From a virus: 41,412 nucleotides of DNA. Each line of letters opens with the position of its first letter. Within the stretch, counting starts at the first letter, position 1. Positions 41,148 through 41,412 of the stretch are shown piece by piece. The notes under the pieces are model-generated. The model saw nothing but the letters and a program-made list of their open reading frames with translations. It did not search any database and was not told the origin of the DNA. Position numbers and translations under genes: made by a program. The stretch lies in IMG/VR virus record IMGVR_UViG_3300010429_000418, positions 1 to 41,412 of that record. One strand, written 5' to 3'.

Positions 41148-41314
41148 TGACCCTCATCGAGTTCGCCAGTAAAGCCGCAGATTTCGCACTCTCCCTCTCT
41201 GGCGTAATGATGCTATGGGCAGGGGTGTGCATAGTGTTTATCTTGTGGCAGGGGTTCAGGAAAGAGAATAAGCCCAAAGAAGACAAGCCAATGGACTTGG
41301 AGATAGAAGAATAG
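41147..41314 (+). CDS. Single-pass membrane peptide (55 aa; holin-like candidate)
   Basis: Not in the ORF track. TAATG junction. TM LSLSGVMMLWAGVCIVFILW, then a charged tail KENKPKEDKPMDLEIEE. It runs into the terminal repeat. Confidence 0.4.
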   Translation: MTLIEFASKAADFALSLSGVMMLWAGVCIVFILWQGFRKENKPKEDKPMDLEIEE

Positions 41315-41412
41315 ATGGAATGCTTCTTATTCTTGTCAGGTATAGTAGTCGGGTTATGGCTTGCTTACGTTATAATAGTAATCCTTGAGAGGAGAAACAG
41401 GGTAGATGCTAA
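41286..41412. repeat. Terminal direct repeat, copy 2 (identical to 1..127)
   Basis: Same 127 nt as the window start. The 41147..41314 ORF runs into it, and the ORF starting at 41315 continues as 30..170. Confidence 0.95.

Noticed and set aside
1-41412. Signs of a CRISPR array, a diversity-generating retroelement, a retron or an integrated-prophage att pair
   Set aside because: - No spaced direct-repeat array is visible; the only tandem repeats are (TGG)5 and short GTT/TGT runs.
- No reverse transcriptase is present. The duplicated fibre blocks are in-frame, diverge at all base types and are not adenine-specific.
- The 127-bp end repeat has phage ORFs reading through it, so it is not an attL/attR pair flanked by host DNA.

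Overview
This 41,412-nt window is a complete tailed-phage genome rather than a chromosomal fragment. Bases 1-127 recur exactly at 41286-41412, giving a 41,285-bp unit that closes into a circle or carries a short terminal redundancy, and small ORFs read straight through the junction. Gene order is podovirus-like: I see no tape-measure, sheath or tail-tube genes. Two transcription arms diverge from an AT-rich promoter region at about 25.9-26.2 kb and converge at about 0.46-0.56 kb.

The leftward (minus) arm encodes:
- small and large terminase, portal, scaffold and an N4-gp56-type major capsid protein;
- an inserted envelope cassette of two Sec-exported paralogs plus a Wzy/WaaL-like membrane protein;
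- adaptor-like and nozzle-like proteins, the latter with a LamG insertion;
- three large internal-virion-like proteins;
- a roughly 1300-aa beta-helix fibre/spike with a C-terminal S74 intramolecular-chaperone domain;
- a GC-richer cassette of small envelope proteins and an outer-membrane beta-barrel.

The rightward (plus) arm encodes:
- a C5 DNA methyltransferase coupled to an IS607-type serine recombinase;
- a membrane-anchored lytic transglycosylase and many small ORFs;
- a recombination/replication module (Cas4-like PD-(D/E)XK nuclease, Sak4-like ATPase, RusA, RepA/DnaB-like ATPase);
- two more DNA methyltransferases;
- one tRNA, an RlaP-type nucleotidyltransferase and a CCA-adding enzyme;
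- a chain of tiny single-pass membrane peptides that crosses the junction.

No phage RNA or DNA polymerase is evident, and sigma70-type promoters are readable. The host is inferred to be a diderm bacterium, based on the BAM-type beta-barrel, Sec and lipobox-like signals and Shine-Dalgarno usage.

The best candidates for something new are:
1. the tRNA(UUG, C33) + RlaP + CCA-adding/HD module, a possible ligase-less tRNA 3'-end repair or counter-defence system;
2. the exported-paralog + Wzy_C-like cassette lodged between the capsid and tail genes;
3. the AT-rich methyltransferase-recombinase island driven by a consensus promoter whose spacer is a (TGG)5 microsatellite.

All family assignments come from motif recognition by eye. 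No searches were run.
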